DNA from: Dictyostelium discoideum
Lineage: Eukaryota
Reading direction: 5' to 3'
NCBI GenBank assembly: GCA_000004695.1
Contig: CM000151.3
Coordinates: 5,056,001 to 5,120,000, forward strand
Length of the DNA stretch: 64,000 nt
Both the position numbers and the translations under genes were made by a program. Under the pieces are notes generated by a model. That model saw only the letters and a program-made list of their open reading frames with translations. It did no database searches and was not told the origin of the DNA. Numbering within the stretch: position 1 is the stretch's first letter; the number at the start of each line of letters is the position of its first letter. Below, in pieces: positions 28,300 to 40,697 of the stretch.

Positions 28300-31200
28300 T
28301 AAATATTTTATTTTAATTTTATTTATTTATTCTAAATATAGAATATTTTTATTTATTTTTTATTTCTATTTTTATTAAAATATTTTTTTTTTTGTTTTTT
28401 TTTTTTTTATATAATAGGAAGCAATTCAAACTTTATTATCAGTTATATCAGTTATAGTATTTATATATGGTACATATAGTAAAGGATCACCACCATTAGC
28501 ATATTCATGGGTAGAAATTTCTTTAACAATTTTCTTTACAATTCATTGGATGTTAGATTACTTTATTAGTAAAGATAGATTAAAATATTTATTTTCATTC
28601 TTTTCAATAGTTGATTTAGTAACAGTTTTACCAATTTATATTGATATTTCAACTGGTCAATTCTTTAATGAATTAGGTACTTTTCAATTTTTACGTGTAT
28701 TACGTACTGTTAGAATTTTAAGAGCAAATAGAGTATTACATTATTTTAATGGTAAATAATTATAATAATTATAATAATAATAATTTATAATAATTTATAA
28801 TAATTTATAATAAAATTTTAACATATATATATATATTAATTTTTATTTTATTTTTTATTTTTAGATATAACACAATATTTATTTAGAGTTGTAATTGCAA
28901 TTTTTACATTTATTATGATATTTGCAGCATTTTATATGAATATTGATGTATCACCAATAACGGGTAAAACATTAGAATTTCATGAAACAATTTATTTTTT
29001 CGTTGTTACATTAACAACTGATGGTTATGGTGATATTCATCCAACAAATGCAGTTGGTCAATTAACAATAACATTAGCGGTAGTTGTTGGTGCTGTATTA
29101 ATTCCATATCAAGTTTCAAGATTATTAGAAACTTTTTCATCATATTCTCGTAAGTATAATAAATTAATATATTTTTAATTTGTTATATATACACACTATA
29201 TAATTATATAATTAGTATTAATATTAATATATTTATTTTTACAATTGAAAAATATAAGCATATAAAAGAGATTTATCAAAAAGTAATTTACATGGTCATG
29301 TTATATTATGTGGTGATATAAATTTTACATCATTATTAGAATTTTTAACAGAATTTTATTTAGAGAAATATGGACAATTGAAAAAGACAATTGTAATTTT
29401 ATCAACAAATCCACCATCTGATCAATTGAAGATGTTATTGTTACATCCATTCTATAAGAATAGGATATCCTATTTGGAGGGATCCCCAATGCTTGAGAAT
29501 GATTTAAAGAGGGCCCGTTATATTCATTCGTCGTCATGTTTTATTTTCAGACCGTTGTTTTGGGAGGACGGTGATTCGACGGCGATTTTAACGGCTTTGG
29601 CAATGAAGAATTTGAAGCCTAAAGGATCGAAAATTTTCGTCCAATTATTACATCATGAGAATAAGTATAAAATTTCTGCACGTATAAAATACATTATGTG
29701 TATTGAGGATTTCCGTAACGGTATTCTAGTTCAAAGTACCCTCTGTCCTGGTTTCGGTACTTTAGTTTGTAACTTATTCACATCACGTCAACCTGACATT
29801 GGTGATGAAGATAAATGGATAGGTGAATATTGTAATGGTAGTGTTAATTCAATTTATAAAATTCCTGTCCCCTTAGCATTTGTTGGTGAAACTTTTCTTC
29901 ATGTAACTTCTGTTATGTATTCTGGTGCAAAAGCTTTAGTTTTAGGTTACATTGATGATTTAAATCAAAATCAAAATCAAAATCAAACACCAAATAATAC
30001 TACGACCAATGGTAGTAGTGGAGGTATAAGCAGTAATGGTGGTAGTAATCCAAATGTTAGAAATAGTACAAATAGTACAAACAACAATAATAATAGAAGA
30101 CAAAAAAAGAATAAATTTATAATTCATCCACCATTTTCAACAATTATAACATCAACAATGAGTTTAATTATTATTGCTCATAGTCCATCAGCACCAACTT
30201 TTAAACCAAATGTACCATCAATTATTAGAAAAGAGATGGATGATGATGAGTTACCAAAAACTTCATTTTTTCAAAATATATATAACAAATTATTTGTACC
30301 AGAAGAGATGAGACATTTTACAGATTTAAATGATTCACAAGATATTTTCTTTAATGAAGATTTAAAATCATTTTTTACTTCAACTTTTACAAATAATAAT
30401 AATACAAATATTGAAATGGATACATTTTCATCACCACAATCAACATCATCATCAACAACAACAACAACATTACCAAATCAAATTTTAATTTCTGATATTA
30501 ATAATAATAATAATATTGAAAATGATAATCAACCATTAATGGGTGTTGAAAATATACCAATTATTGTAACAACAGCAGCAGCATCAACATCAACAACTTC
30601 ACCAAATGGTACTAATGGTGCAACAAATACATCATCATTATTGGATCCAAATAATTATAATAATAATAATAATAATAGTGAAGAAGATAAAGTTTCACCA
30701 TTAGTTGCATTATGTAATGAAGAATTTGATTCAAATTGGAATGAAGTTATTGCAACAGTAATTGAATCAATTGATTCAAAGAAAGCACATATGGAAGAGA
30801 TTGTTGAAGATTTAGAACCAGTTTTAGAAGCAATTGAAAGAAATAGAAATCTTGATGAATATTCTGAAGATTCTAAAGAAGATAATAATTGGAAAGAACA
30901 TATTATCATTTGTGGTTCAATTAATAGAATTGATTTATTTATTAGAGGTTTAAGACAAAGATATATTTCTGATAATTTAAATCATTTTTATCATTTAAAA
31001 CAACATCAACATCATCAACAACAACAACAACAAAATAATCATCACCATGGTGGTGGTAATAATCATAATAGTCAAACTAATTTAAGTGAACATTCAGATT
31101 ATTCAGCACCAACAATTGTAATTTTACATCCAGAGGAACCAGATATGTCAGAATGGGATGATATTGATGATGTTTTTTATGTTCATGGCTCACCATTAGA

Positions 31201-31825
31201 AAGAAAAGATTTAGATTTAGTAAAGATTCATTTAGCTAGTAAAATTATAATTTTATCAGATCCTTATAAAGAACATCATAGTTCAAATTTAACTGATAAA
31301 ACATCTGTTCAATTGGATGCTCAAACTATTATGGCATATTTAGAGATTAGTGAAGTATTTCAAAATCATCCAAATCCTTCAAATTTCGTCACTGTTGAAT
31401 TGGTACATGAACCAAATATTAGATTCATTTCAAAGAATATTAAATCCTCAAAAATTGGTAGTAAAGTAACTGGTGGTTCTAGTAGCTCTAGAAAAGAGGG
31501 TGAGGATATTGATAAACCAAATTACTATATCACTAGTGAATTTGCCTCTGGAAAAGTCCTGACTTTGACAACGCTAGATTCATTACTATGTCAAGCTAAC
31601 CATCAAGAGTATCTCTTGGATGTCGCAAATGAATTGGTATTGGGTGTAAATGGTATTAGAAAATATTATAGAAAATTAATTAGAAATATTTCAGATTCTG
31701 ATTCTGATGATTCCGATACTGCTGCAAATAAAAATAATAATGATTATGACTATGATGATACTGATAGTAGTGATGATGAAAAATCATCATTACCAAATGT
31801 TTCAAATAGTAATAGTAGTATTAAT

Positions 31826-31910
<85 letters not shown>

Positions 31911-32290
31911 GTAATAATGGTTCAAATGCTTTATTATCACCTTCTCGTAGTTTTGGATATAAAGGTTTCAATTCAAGATTATCTCAATCAGGAATTTGGA
32001 ATCACCATCATCACCACCATCATCACCATCATCACCACCATCATGGTGGTAATCATATTAATCCAAATCAATGCCTTTTAAATCAAATTAAAGTTCCATC
32101 TCAATTTCATGGTCATCTTTATTCAGAATTATTCGAAACTCTCATACATAAAAATATTTTACCACTTGGTTTATATAGGTGTAAAGAAATTACTGGTGCT
32201 CCAAATTCTTACGTTTTCACTTGTCCTCCAGTTGATACAATTTTACATGAAAAAGATTTAGTTTATATTTTATATAGACAATCAAATTAA
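28018..32290 (+). CDS. Slo/BK-like potassium channel (6TM voltage-sensor + K+ pore + RCK domains); 4 exons approx join(28018..28239,28418..28751,28865..29149,29259..32290), ~1290 aa
   Basis: S1 is in exon 1. S2-S4 are in exon 2 (S3 FISKDRLKYLFSFFSIVDLVTVLPIYI; S4 FLRVLRTVRILRANRVL). S5, pore and S6 are in exon 3, with the selectivity filter TLTTDGYGD. RCK1 begins in exon 4 (LHGHVILCGDINFTSLLEFL...TIVILSTNPP...ILTALAMKN). A long C-terminus follows with poly-N, poly-H and Ser/Asp runs. Junctions are ATT|GTAAAA, G|GTAAAT and C|GTAAGT, with T-rich AG acceptors. Confidence 0.8.
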
Positions 32291-32294
32291 TAGG

Positions 32295-32341
<47 letters not shown>

Positions 32342-32350
32342 TTAATATTA

Positions 32351-32417
32351 ACACACTTACACACACATCACAAAAACCACAAGCACAATAGTGATGTGTG
32401 TGTGTGTGTGTGTGTGT
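32351..32417. repeat. (CA)n ... (TG)n inverted repeat forming a potential hairpin (12-bp stem CACACACATCAC/GTGATGTGTGTG, 19-nt loop), 60 bp 3' of the K+ channel stop
   Basis: The arm acacacttacacacacatcac, a 19-nt loop aaaaaccacaagcacaata, then the arm gtgatgtgtgtgtgtgtgtgtgtgt. Confidence 0.6.
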
Positions 32418-33105
32418 TAAATTATTAATTTATTTATTTTTAAATACCAATCAATTATTATTATCATTATTATTATTATTTAATAAAAATTATAATTCTC
32501 CCAATATCTCACGAGTATTTCAATCGAAACAATCAAAATTGTTGTCGTGTTTTTTTTTTTTTTTTTTTACATACTCAACTAACACAATCACAAAAAAAAT
32601 TTATTTAATATTTATTTTTTATTCATCTTTGCTTATCGAAAATAAACCATAAAAAAAAAAAAAAAAGAAAAAAAAAAAAAATTAAAATACAAATTAAAAA
32701 GTTTTATTTATTAAGTTCATATTTCCATAATATTAAAAATAGTTGTCAAAAAAAAAAGTTTTGATCAATGGAAAAATTATTTTAACCCTTTTTTCTATTC
32801 AGTTTTTTTGTTTTTTAAAAAATTAACAGCCAATTTAAAAATAGTAGTACTAAATCATTAATGAAAAAAAAAAAAAATTAAAAACACATCATGGTACAGT
32901 ACAAATTCACACTAAATTATATAAACACATTAAAAAAAAAATAATAATAATAAAATACTAAAAATATAATATTTCCAAATCCAACATTTTTTTATTTTTT
33001 TTTAATTTTTTTTTTTTTTTTCTGATGGTATGCAGTATTTGTATAAAATAATTAAAACACACTAAACACTCCAACACTCACCACACATCAAATTTCTATT
33101 TTATT

Positions 33106-33146
<41 letters not shown>

Positions 33147-33740
33147 TTTATTTTCTTTTTTTTTTTTTTTTTTTTTTTTTATTTATTTATTTTTTGGTTA
33201 TTCATTTTTTTTTTTTTTTAATTTTTTCTTTTATTAATTTTTTTTTATTTATTCAAAAATAAACATAAATAATTATCAACATCAAATTCATACAAAAAAA
33301 AAAAAATAAAATAAAAAAATAATATTTAAATAGTTAGTATATAAAAATAAAAATAAAAATAAAAATAAAAAAAAAAATAAAAAAATAAAAATAATTTTTA
33401 CCAATTGCAAAAAAAAAAAAAAAAAAAAAAATTTTCGATTGATCAAATCAAAACATTTTGACTAACACAAAAAAGGTAAGTGTGCTTTTGCTCACTAATA
33501 AGTGAATGGCAAAAACAATTGTTACCTTTTTTTTTTTTATTTTTTTATTTTTTTTTATTTTTTTTTTTTTCCAACTCCAAAATCATTTTGGTGGCAAAAC
33601 CCTCATTTTAAATGAAAATATTATAAAAAAAAAAAAAAAAAGCCCGTTGAAAAATAAAAATAAAAAAAAAAAAAAATTAAAAAAAAAAAAAATAAAAATA
33701 AAAAATTAATGTTTTTTTTTTTATTTTTTTTATTTATATC

Positions 33741-33771
<31 letters not shown>

Positions 33772-33987
33772 CCAAAATTTTTTTTTCAAGATATAAAATT
33801 ACAGACATTTAGCAATAAATATAAAAGTACCAGTACATTTACTTACAACCCTATTTAATAGTAGGGATAGTTAATAATATAAATATAAATAACAACAATA
33901 AGAACAATAAAAAAAAAAAAAAAGTAATCAAAAATAAAATTTAATATAAAAACACATACACACATATAAAAATTAAATAAATCAAAA

Positions 33988-34826
33988 ATGGGTTGTTTTA
34001 ATTCAAAAGAAGCTGGAGCAGGTAGACCAAAAACTACTACTCAACAACAACAACAAGCAACACCAGAACCAACTGTTACTACAGCTGAAGTTAGAGCAGA
34101 TGAAAAAATTTCAATGGATCGTATGTATATTTGTATATATTTTTAAAAAAAAAAAAATAATCACATTATATCTCATATGACATCAAATTATGTTATCATT
34201 TTATATATATATATATATTTTTTTTTATTTTTTTTTATTTTTAGTTTTTTTTTTTTTTTTATTTTTATTTTCATAAAACAATATTCAAAAAAAAAAAATA
34301 AAAAAAAAAATAAAATTTTATTTTTTTGAATCTTTTTTTATTTTTGTTATATCTTTTTTTTATATTTTAATATCTCTTTTTTTTTTTTTTATTATTATTT
34401 TTATTATTTTTTTTATTTTTATTTTTAAAAAAACTAATTTACTAATTAATTTTTTTATTTTTTTTAAATAAAAAAAAAAACTTAAACAGAGGATATTTCA
34501 CAAGGTAATGTTGAAGATTTCTATGTAGTTGGTAAAGAATTAGGTAGAGGTGCATTCTCTGTTGTACGTGAAGGTACTAGAAAGACAACAAGTGATAAAG
34601 TTGCACTCAAATATATTGAAAAGAAATTTGTTAAAAAGAAGCATATTGAACAATTAAGAAGAGAAATTGATATCATGAAAAAAGTTAAACATGAAAATGT
34701 TTTATCATTAAAAGAAATCTTTGAAAGTGATTCACATCTTACTCTTGTTATGGAATTGTATGTATTTAATATAAAAAAAAAAAAAAAAAAAAAAAAAAGA
34801 TAAAGAAGAATTATTAATTTACTAAA

Positions 34827-34857
<31 letters not shown>

Positions 34858-35525
34858 AATAATAATATAAAAAAAGGGTAACTGGTGGTGAATTATTTTA
34901 TAAAATTGTTGAAAGAGGTTCATTTACAGAAAAAGGTGCACGTAATGTTGTAAGACAAGTATGTGCTGGTGTTGAATATCTCCATTCACAAGGTATTGCT
35001 CATAGAGATTTGAAACCAGAGAATTTATTATGTAATGGTGAAGGTGAAGATATGACAATCAAAATTGCAGATTTTGGTCTTAGTAAAATATTTGGAACTG
35101 GTGAAGCATTGGAAACAAGTTGTGGTACACCAGATTATGTTGCACCAGAAGTTTTAACTGGTGGTTCATATGATAATGCAGTCGATATGTGGTCAATTGG
35201 TGTCATTACCTATATTTTATTATGTGGTTTCCCACCATTCTATGCTTCATCTCAAAACTTATTATTTGAAAAAATTTTAACCGCTGATTATGATTTCCCA
35301 GAACCAGAATGGACTCATGTCTCTGAACATGCCAAAGCTTTCATTAGAAACTTAATTGTCAAAGATCCAGATCAACGTCATACTGCCAAACAATGTCTTG
35401 ATGACCTTTGGCTCTCTGGTAGTGATCAATCAATTGGTTCTGCTGCTGATCTCCACTCTCATTTCGCTGAAAAGATGAAGAAATATAATGACCAAAGAAG
35501 AGGTGGTCAATCTTCAAATAATTAA
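33988..35525 (+). CDS. CaMK-family Ser/Thr protein kinase (MLCK-like) with N-terminal myristoylation motif; 3 exons approx join(33988..34120,34490..34757,34876..35525), ~349 aa
   Basis: The N-terminus MGCFNSK is an N-myristoylation consensus (MGxxxS). Kinase subdomains are present: LGRGAFSVV, ALKYIEKK, HENVL, LVMELVTGGELF (split by a GTATGT intron), HRDLKPENLL, DFGLS, GTPDYVAPE, DMWSIGVITYILLCGFPPF. Closely resembles Dictyostelium MLCK-A type kinases. Confidence 0.8.
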
Positions 35526-35815
35526 ATTTAATAATAATAATAATAAAAAAAAAAAAAAAAATCAAAAAAAAAAAAGTAATAATAATAAAAAAAAAAAAAA
35601 AAAAATCTAAAAATAAATTAATGTAAACAATAGTAACATCAAAATAAATGGTTAAAATAATAATAAAATAAATAATCAAAAAAAAAAAAAAAAATAAAAT
35701 AAAATAAAAAATAAAAAAAATAATTTTTAAAAAAAAAAAAAACAAACAAATAATATATTTCTCTTTTTTTTTTTTTTTTTTTTTTTAAAAACATTTTTTT
35801 AATTTATTTTTTAAT

Positions 35816-36710
35816 TTATAATTGATCAGAAGTTGCTTTAATTATTTGTTTCTTTTTATTATCAGAATTAAAAATAACTTCAGCATTTCTCACTTGCCAT
35901 TTATCATCAGAAGCATAAAGATTGAATAAAATACTAGCATTACCTTTTGGACCTTTAATTGGAATGATGACATCAGAGGTTGATTCACCATAGATTAATG
36001 GAAAGATTCTGTTTTTATATGGTACTAATAATGGAAGGTATTGATTTGGAATCATTGAGATTTGTTGTGCAATTGAGTGTTGACTAAGTTCTTCATAGAT
36101 TGCATCCATAATACCAAGTTGTAAATGCTTCTTTTCTCTCTCTGATAATTTCTCTAAATCAATTGGTTGGTTACCATTACCAATACCAATCTTTTGTAAA
36201 AACCATTGATTATCATGGAATGTTGGTGCTTTGAAATCAATTGGTGCAATCTTTAAATTGAAATCTCTTTTCAATTCGATAATTGGTGATTTTGAATCTG
36301 ATGGTGGACTTTCAAATGAAACTGGTCCGCCCAATGTTGATACAACTCTTGGATCATTGGTTACCACTTGAAATACTGGATATAATATATCATTCCATGA
36401 GTCGGCAACAATGGTTTCTGTAGTTGCGTTTTGTCCCTTATAATATGCTAATCCTGTATTGGTTACGTCATATCCTAATTTTGAAATAATTGTAAATGCT
36501 AAAATTTTACCAAGAAGACTTGATCTCTTTTTTTGACTATCTGCTGCTATAACTTGTTCTTTTGAAATTGAAAATGATGAATAATTTCTAACTAAAAATA
36601 AATAAAAAAAATAAAAAATAAATATAAAATTAAAAAATAAAATTTTAATAATTATAAAAAAAAAACATACAAAATTTATTATTAAAAATTCTTTTAAATG
36701 ATTGATTCAT
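35816..36710 (-). CDS. Conserved hypothetical protein with N-terminal region resembling a mitochondrial presequence; 2 exons approx complement(join(35816..36591,36671..36710))
   Basis: Exon 1 (MNQSFKRIFNNKF) ends T|GTATGT. A 79-bp intron ends TTTTTAG. Exon 2 then reads F-RNYSSFSISKEQ... in frame with the 183-aa ORF. The N-terminus is basic and Ser-rich with no acidic residues, which is presequence-like. I could not assign a family. Confidence 0.5.
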
Positions 36711-36784
36711 TTTTTTTTTTTTTTTTTTTGTTGGAATGAAAATGCAAAAATGAAAATATTAATTTTTTTTTTTATTGTCAAGTG

Positions 36785-36818
<34 letters not shown>

Positions 36819-36893
36819 AATAAAAAATGTTTTTTTTTGTATTTTTTGAAATTGTCCAAACAATCATTTTGTGTTTGATAAATATAGAAAACC

Positions 36894-37508
36894 ATGATTT
36901 TTGATTCACTCATATCATTGATTCCAATATCAATGATTATGGTTGGTTGTTGTAGTAATGTTATTTCTTTAGAATTAATTATGAAGTATATATCAATAAT
37001 AAATAAATAAATAATCATTCTCTCCAATTTTATTTTATATTACACTAGTTATTAATTTTAATTTAATTTTTATTTTTACTTTTTTTTTTTTTTTTTCAGG
37101 CAATCACAATCACATGCTATATTAGTGACATTTTTTCAATTTGCAACGGTTGCATTTATATCATTTTTTGTTAATATAAGATGGAAACAAGTATTTAGTA
37201 TTTTTTGGATACCAATTGGATTAAGAGAGAGAAAGATACCTTTGAAAACTTATTTCTTAATGGTTTCAATTTTTTTCATTTTATCAGTTTTAAATAATAA
37301 AGCATTAGATTGTGATATACCAATACCATTTCATATGATTTTTAGATCAAGTTCTTTATTATCAACAATTGTAATTGGTTCAATCTTTTATAGAAAATCT
37401 TATTCAAAACAACAAATTCTAAGTTTAATCATGGTTACTTTAGGTATAATTTTTGCAACTTTTAGTTCAATGCCTGATAGTGTAAGGAGATAAAAATAAA
37501 TAAAATAA

Positions 37509-37595
<87 letters not shown>

Positions 37596-38339
37596 TGAAC
37601 TAATAATTTTATTATTTATAGAAAAAAGAAATTTCACTTGGACATGAACCAAATTTATTAAGATTTTCAATTGGTATGCTTATGCTAATTGCAGCAATGT
37701 TTTTATCATCAATTTTAGGTTTAATTCAAGAACATACTTATAAATTGTATGGAAAGGATCGTCATTATGAAACAATATTTTATTCTGTAAGTTTTTTTTT
37801 TTTTTTTTTTTTTTTCTCCAAAATAATTTAAATAATAATAATAATAATAAAAATAAAATAGAATAATAATATATTAAGTTTAATATATATATCTAATATT
37901 ATTTATTATTTTAAAAAAATAGCATTTATTTTCATTACCGTTTTTTTTATTATTTAAAGATGATATTTTACACCATATACAATTAAATAATGATTCTGCA
38001 TTAATGGCATTACCATTTGGATTTGGATCATTTCCAACATTATGGGTATATTTAATTGTAAATGTTTTAACTCAATATGTATGCATTCAAGGTGTATTTA
38101 TTTTAACTGGTAAAACAAGTACCTTAACTTGTACACTAGTAATCAGTATAAGAAAGTTTTTAAGTATCATCATCTCTGTAATTTATTTCAATAACCATTT
38201 CACATCTTTATTATTCACTGGTACAATTTTGGTATTTTTAGGTACTTTTATGTATTCAACAAGTGGTAAAGTTATTGAAAAACCTTTACCACCAACTAAA
38301 CAAGTAAAAGAAATAGAAAAAGAAAAAAAATTAAATTAA
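36894..38339 (+). CDS. Nucleotide-sugar transporter, SLC35B4 (UDP-xylose/UDP-GlcNAc transporter, Yea4)-like; 4 exons approx join(36894..36985,37100..37481,37622..37786,37923..38339)
   Basis: Exon 1 reads MIFDSLISLIPISMIMVGCCSNVISLELIMK (the SLC35B4 signature GCCSNV). The remaining exons contain IPFHMIFRSSS, EHTYKLYGKDRHYETIFYS and ALPFGFGSFPTLW...GTILVFLGTFMY. Junctions are AA|GTATAT, AGT|GTAAGG and TCT|GTAAGT, with CAG/TAG acceptors. The third intron carries a long (TAA)n. Confidence 0.8.
37511..37594. repeat. (TAA)n microsatellite inside intron 2 of the SLC35B4-like gene
   Basis: Perfect trinucleotide repeat lying between the donor GTAAGG and the acceptor TTTATAG. Confidence 0.8.
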
Positions 38340-38506
38340 AATAATAATAATAATAATAATTAAATAATTAATAATCAAAATCAAGTTTTTTTTTTTTTTT
38401 TTTTCTTTATTTAATTTTTTTTTTCTTTATTTAATTTTTTTATTATTTTATTTATCCAAATATAAAAAATAAAAACATATTACATTACAAACAATAATAA
38501 AAGATT

Positions 38507-38570
<64 letters not shown>

Positions 38571-38578
38571 TTATAAAC

Positions 38579-39340
38579 TTAAAGAGATGATAATAATAAA
38601 CCAAAAATAATTAAAGCAATTGAGGCAAAAACTTTTGAAGAATGATTTGGGTCTTCATCTTCTGAAATTGGAGTACTGGTTTGAGATGGGGTTGGTGAAG
38701 ATGGTTTTGGTTGACTTTTTAATTTTGGAACAAATTTATAATAGATACCATCTGCAATATTACCGTCAAGATCACGACCTGGAACACATTGAGTACTATT
38801 TTTGTAAACATTTGGAATGGCATAACAGTTACCAATGAAACAAGTTGGTTCACTACAAATATAGCTTAGCATAGAATTTTCATCACAAGTTGAATAAGTC
38901 CAAGCCTCAGTGTCATTGACTTTAATTGGGCTACAAGTTCCTTTAAGAATGGAAGTGATAATATAATTCTCTTCACAACCTCCATTGAAAATCACTTCAT
39001 TACAAGAATCCATTGGAAGATCATTAATTGCATCTTGGTAAGTTAAATAATTGTAGGAAACCTTGATTTGGTTATCTTCATCACAGACATGAAGTGGTTC
39101 AGCATAAACGTTGGTCTTGGCATTTGAACATTTTGAGTCCATTTTTTCATTTGCGAAATAATAGGAAACATTCATTCCAACCAATTCTTGTCTGAAAACT
39201 AAATTACAATGTGAATGAAGAACAGTTTTATTTACACCTCCAGTACATCCTGGGGAATTATAAACATTGGTTTTAACTACCAAATCTGATTTTACAATTA
39301 TTAAATTTATTAATAATATAAATGTTAATAAAATTTTCAT
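38579..39340 (-). CDS. Secreted cysteine-rich protein with probable GPI-anchor signal (signal peptide + C-terminal hydrophobic tail)
   Basis: The N-terminus MKILLTFILLINLIIVKS is a signal-peptide-like sequence. About 16 Cys lie in the mature part, with N-glycosylation sequons (NVSY, NDTE, NSTQ). A Ser/Pro/Thr linker (PKPSSPTPSQTSTP) precedes the C-terminal tail SSKVFASIALIIFGLLLSSL. Confidence 0.6.
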   Translation of the reverse strand: MKILLTFILLINLIIVKSDLVVKTNVYNSPGCTGGVNKTVLHSHCNLVFRQELVGMNVSYYFANEKMDSKCSNAKTNVYAEPLHVCDEDNQIKVSYNYLTYQDAINDLPMDSCNEVIFNGGCEENYIITSILKGTCSPIKVNDTEAWTYSTCDENSMLSYICSEPTCFIGNCYAIPNVYKNSTQCVPGRDLDGNIADGIYYKFVPKLKSQPKPSSPTPSQTSTPISEDEDPNHSSKVFASIALIIFGLLLSSL

Positions 39341-39369
39341 TTTTTTTTTTTTTAATTATTTATTTGTTC

Positions 39370-39413
<44 letters not shown>

Positions 39414-39606
39414 ATTTTTTTTAAATTGAATTTTATATATAGATTAAGTAATAAAATTATGATATATTTTTAATTATTTTAGAAAATAAATAAATAACAA
39501 ATAATTTTAATGAATAAAATTAAATAAATAATGGAAAAAAAAAAAAATTTATTATTAAAAAAAAAAAAAATAAAAAAAAAAAAAAAAAAAAAAAAAAGGA
39601 TGTGTG

Positions 39607-39637
<31 letters not shown>

Positions 39638-40146
39638 TATCTAATATAATTTAAATTTTATGTAATTTTTTTAATTTTTTTTTTATTTTTTTTTTTTTTT
39701 CTGTGTTAATAATTATTATAATAAATTTTTTACGCATTACCTATAGTGCCTCTTGCATTGTTTGTACAATATTTTTTTCTTAAAATGTAACAAAAATATA
39801 ACCAAATATAATTATTATTATCATTAATAACAATATTTTTATCCCATCAATATTGTGTTTTTTTTTATCTGTTGAAGAACCACCAAAAAAAAAAATAAAA
39901 AAAAAATAAAAAATAAAAAAAAAAATAATAAAAAATAAATGTTAATATTTTGTTTTGGGGGTAATATTAATGATTAAAAATAGAATATTTCAGAGGATAA
40001 TAAAATAATATATAATAAAAAAAATTAATTTTTTTTTTCCAATCGATAAATGGATCACTATCTCTTAGGTTGAATATTTCACAAAGATTTTAATAAAATT
40101 AAAAAAAAAAAAAAAAAAAAAAGAAAAAAAAAACAATATTGTCAAA

Positions 40147-40316
40147 GTGTGTGGGTTAAAACACACAAACACAAATTCAAACACACACAGTATTAACACT
40201 TTATTCACAAAATTACTATTTTAAACTAGTATCAACTATTTTTATATCATATAAAAAGAAAATAAAATTAAAAAAACCTACAAAAAGAAAAAAAGAAAAG
40301 TGTGGGTGGGTGTGTT
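40147..40316. promoter_or_regulatory. G-box / CA-rich-element-like motifs (GTGTGTGGGTT, CACACAAACAC, AGTGTGGGTGGGTGTGTT) about 0.8-1 kb upstream of the secreted Cys-rich gene
   Basis: G/T-rich and C/A-rich islands stand out in otherwise about 10 % GC intergenic DNA. They resemble Dictyostelium GBF-binding G-boxes/CAEs. Similar motifs occur at 17471-17490 and 18961-18994. Confidence 0.3.
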
Positions 40317-40697
40317 AATTTTTGTATTCTACTATCAAATGATTATTTATTTTTTTTTTTTCTATTTTTAATTTAATTAAAAAAAAAATACAATACCGAT
40401 AATAAAAAAAGACAGTTGAATCTCAGTAAATATTAAGATTAAATAGAAATAAAATTATATCCAAAATATATAAATAAACTGACCAATCAATATTGGTTTT
40501 TTAATTTTAATTTTCTTGAACAAAAAAAATAAAAAAAATAAAATAAAATAAAACTGGAAAATTAATTATTTTTAAAGTTTTTCTTTTTTTAATTTAACAA
40601 TTTAATTAAATTATACATTTCGAATTTTATTTATTTACTATTATTACTACTACTATTTTATAAATATAAATGGGGTTTTTTTTTCTTTTTTTTTTTT

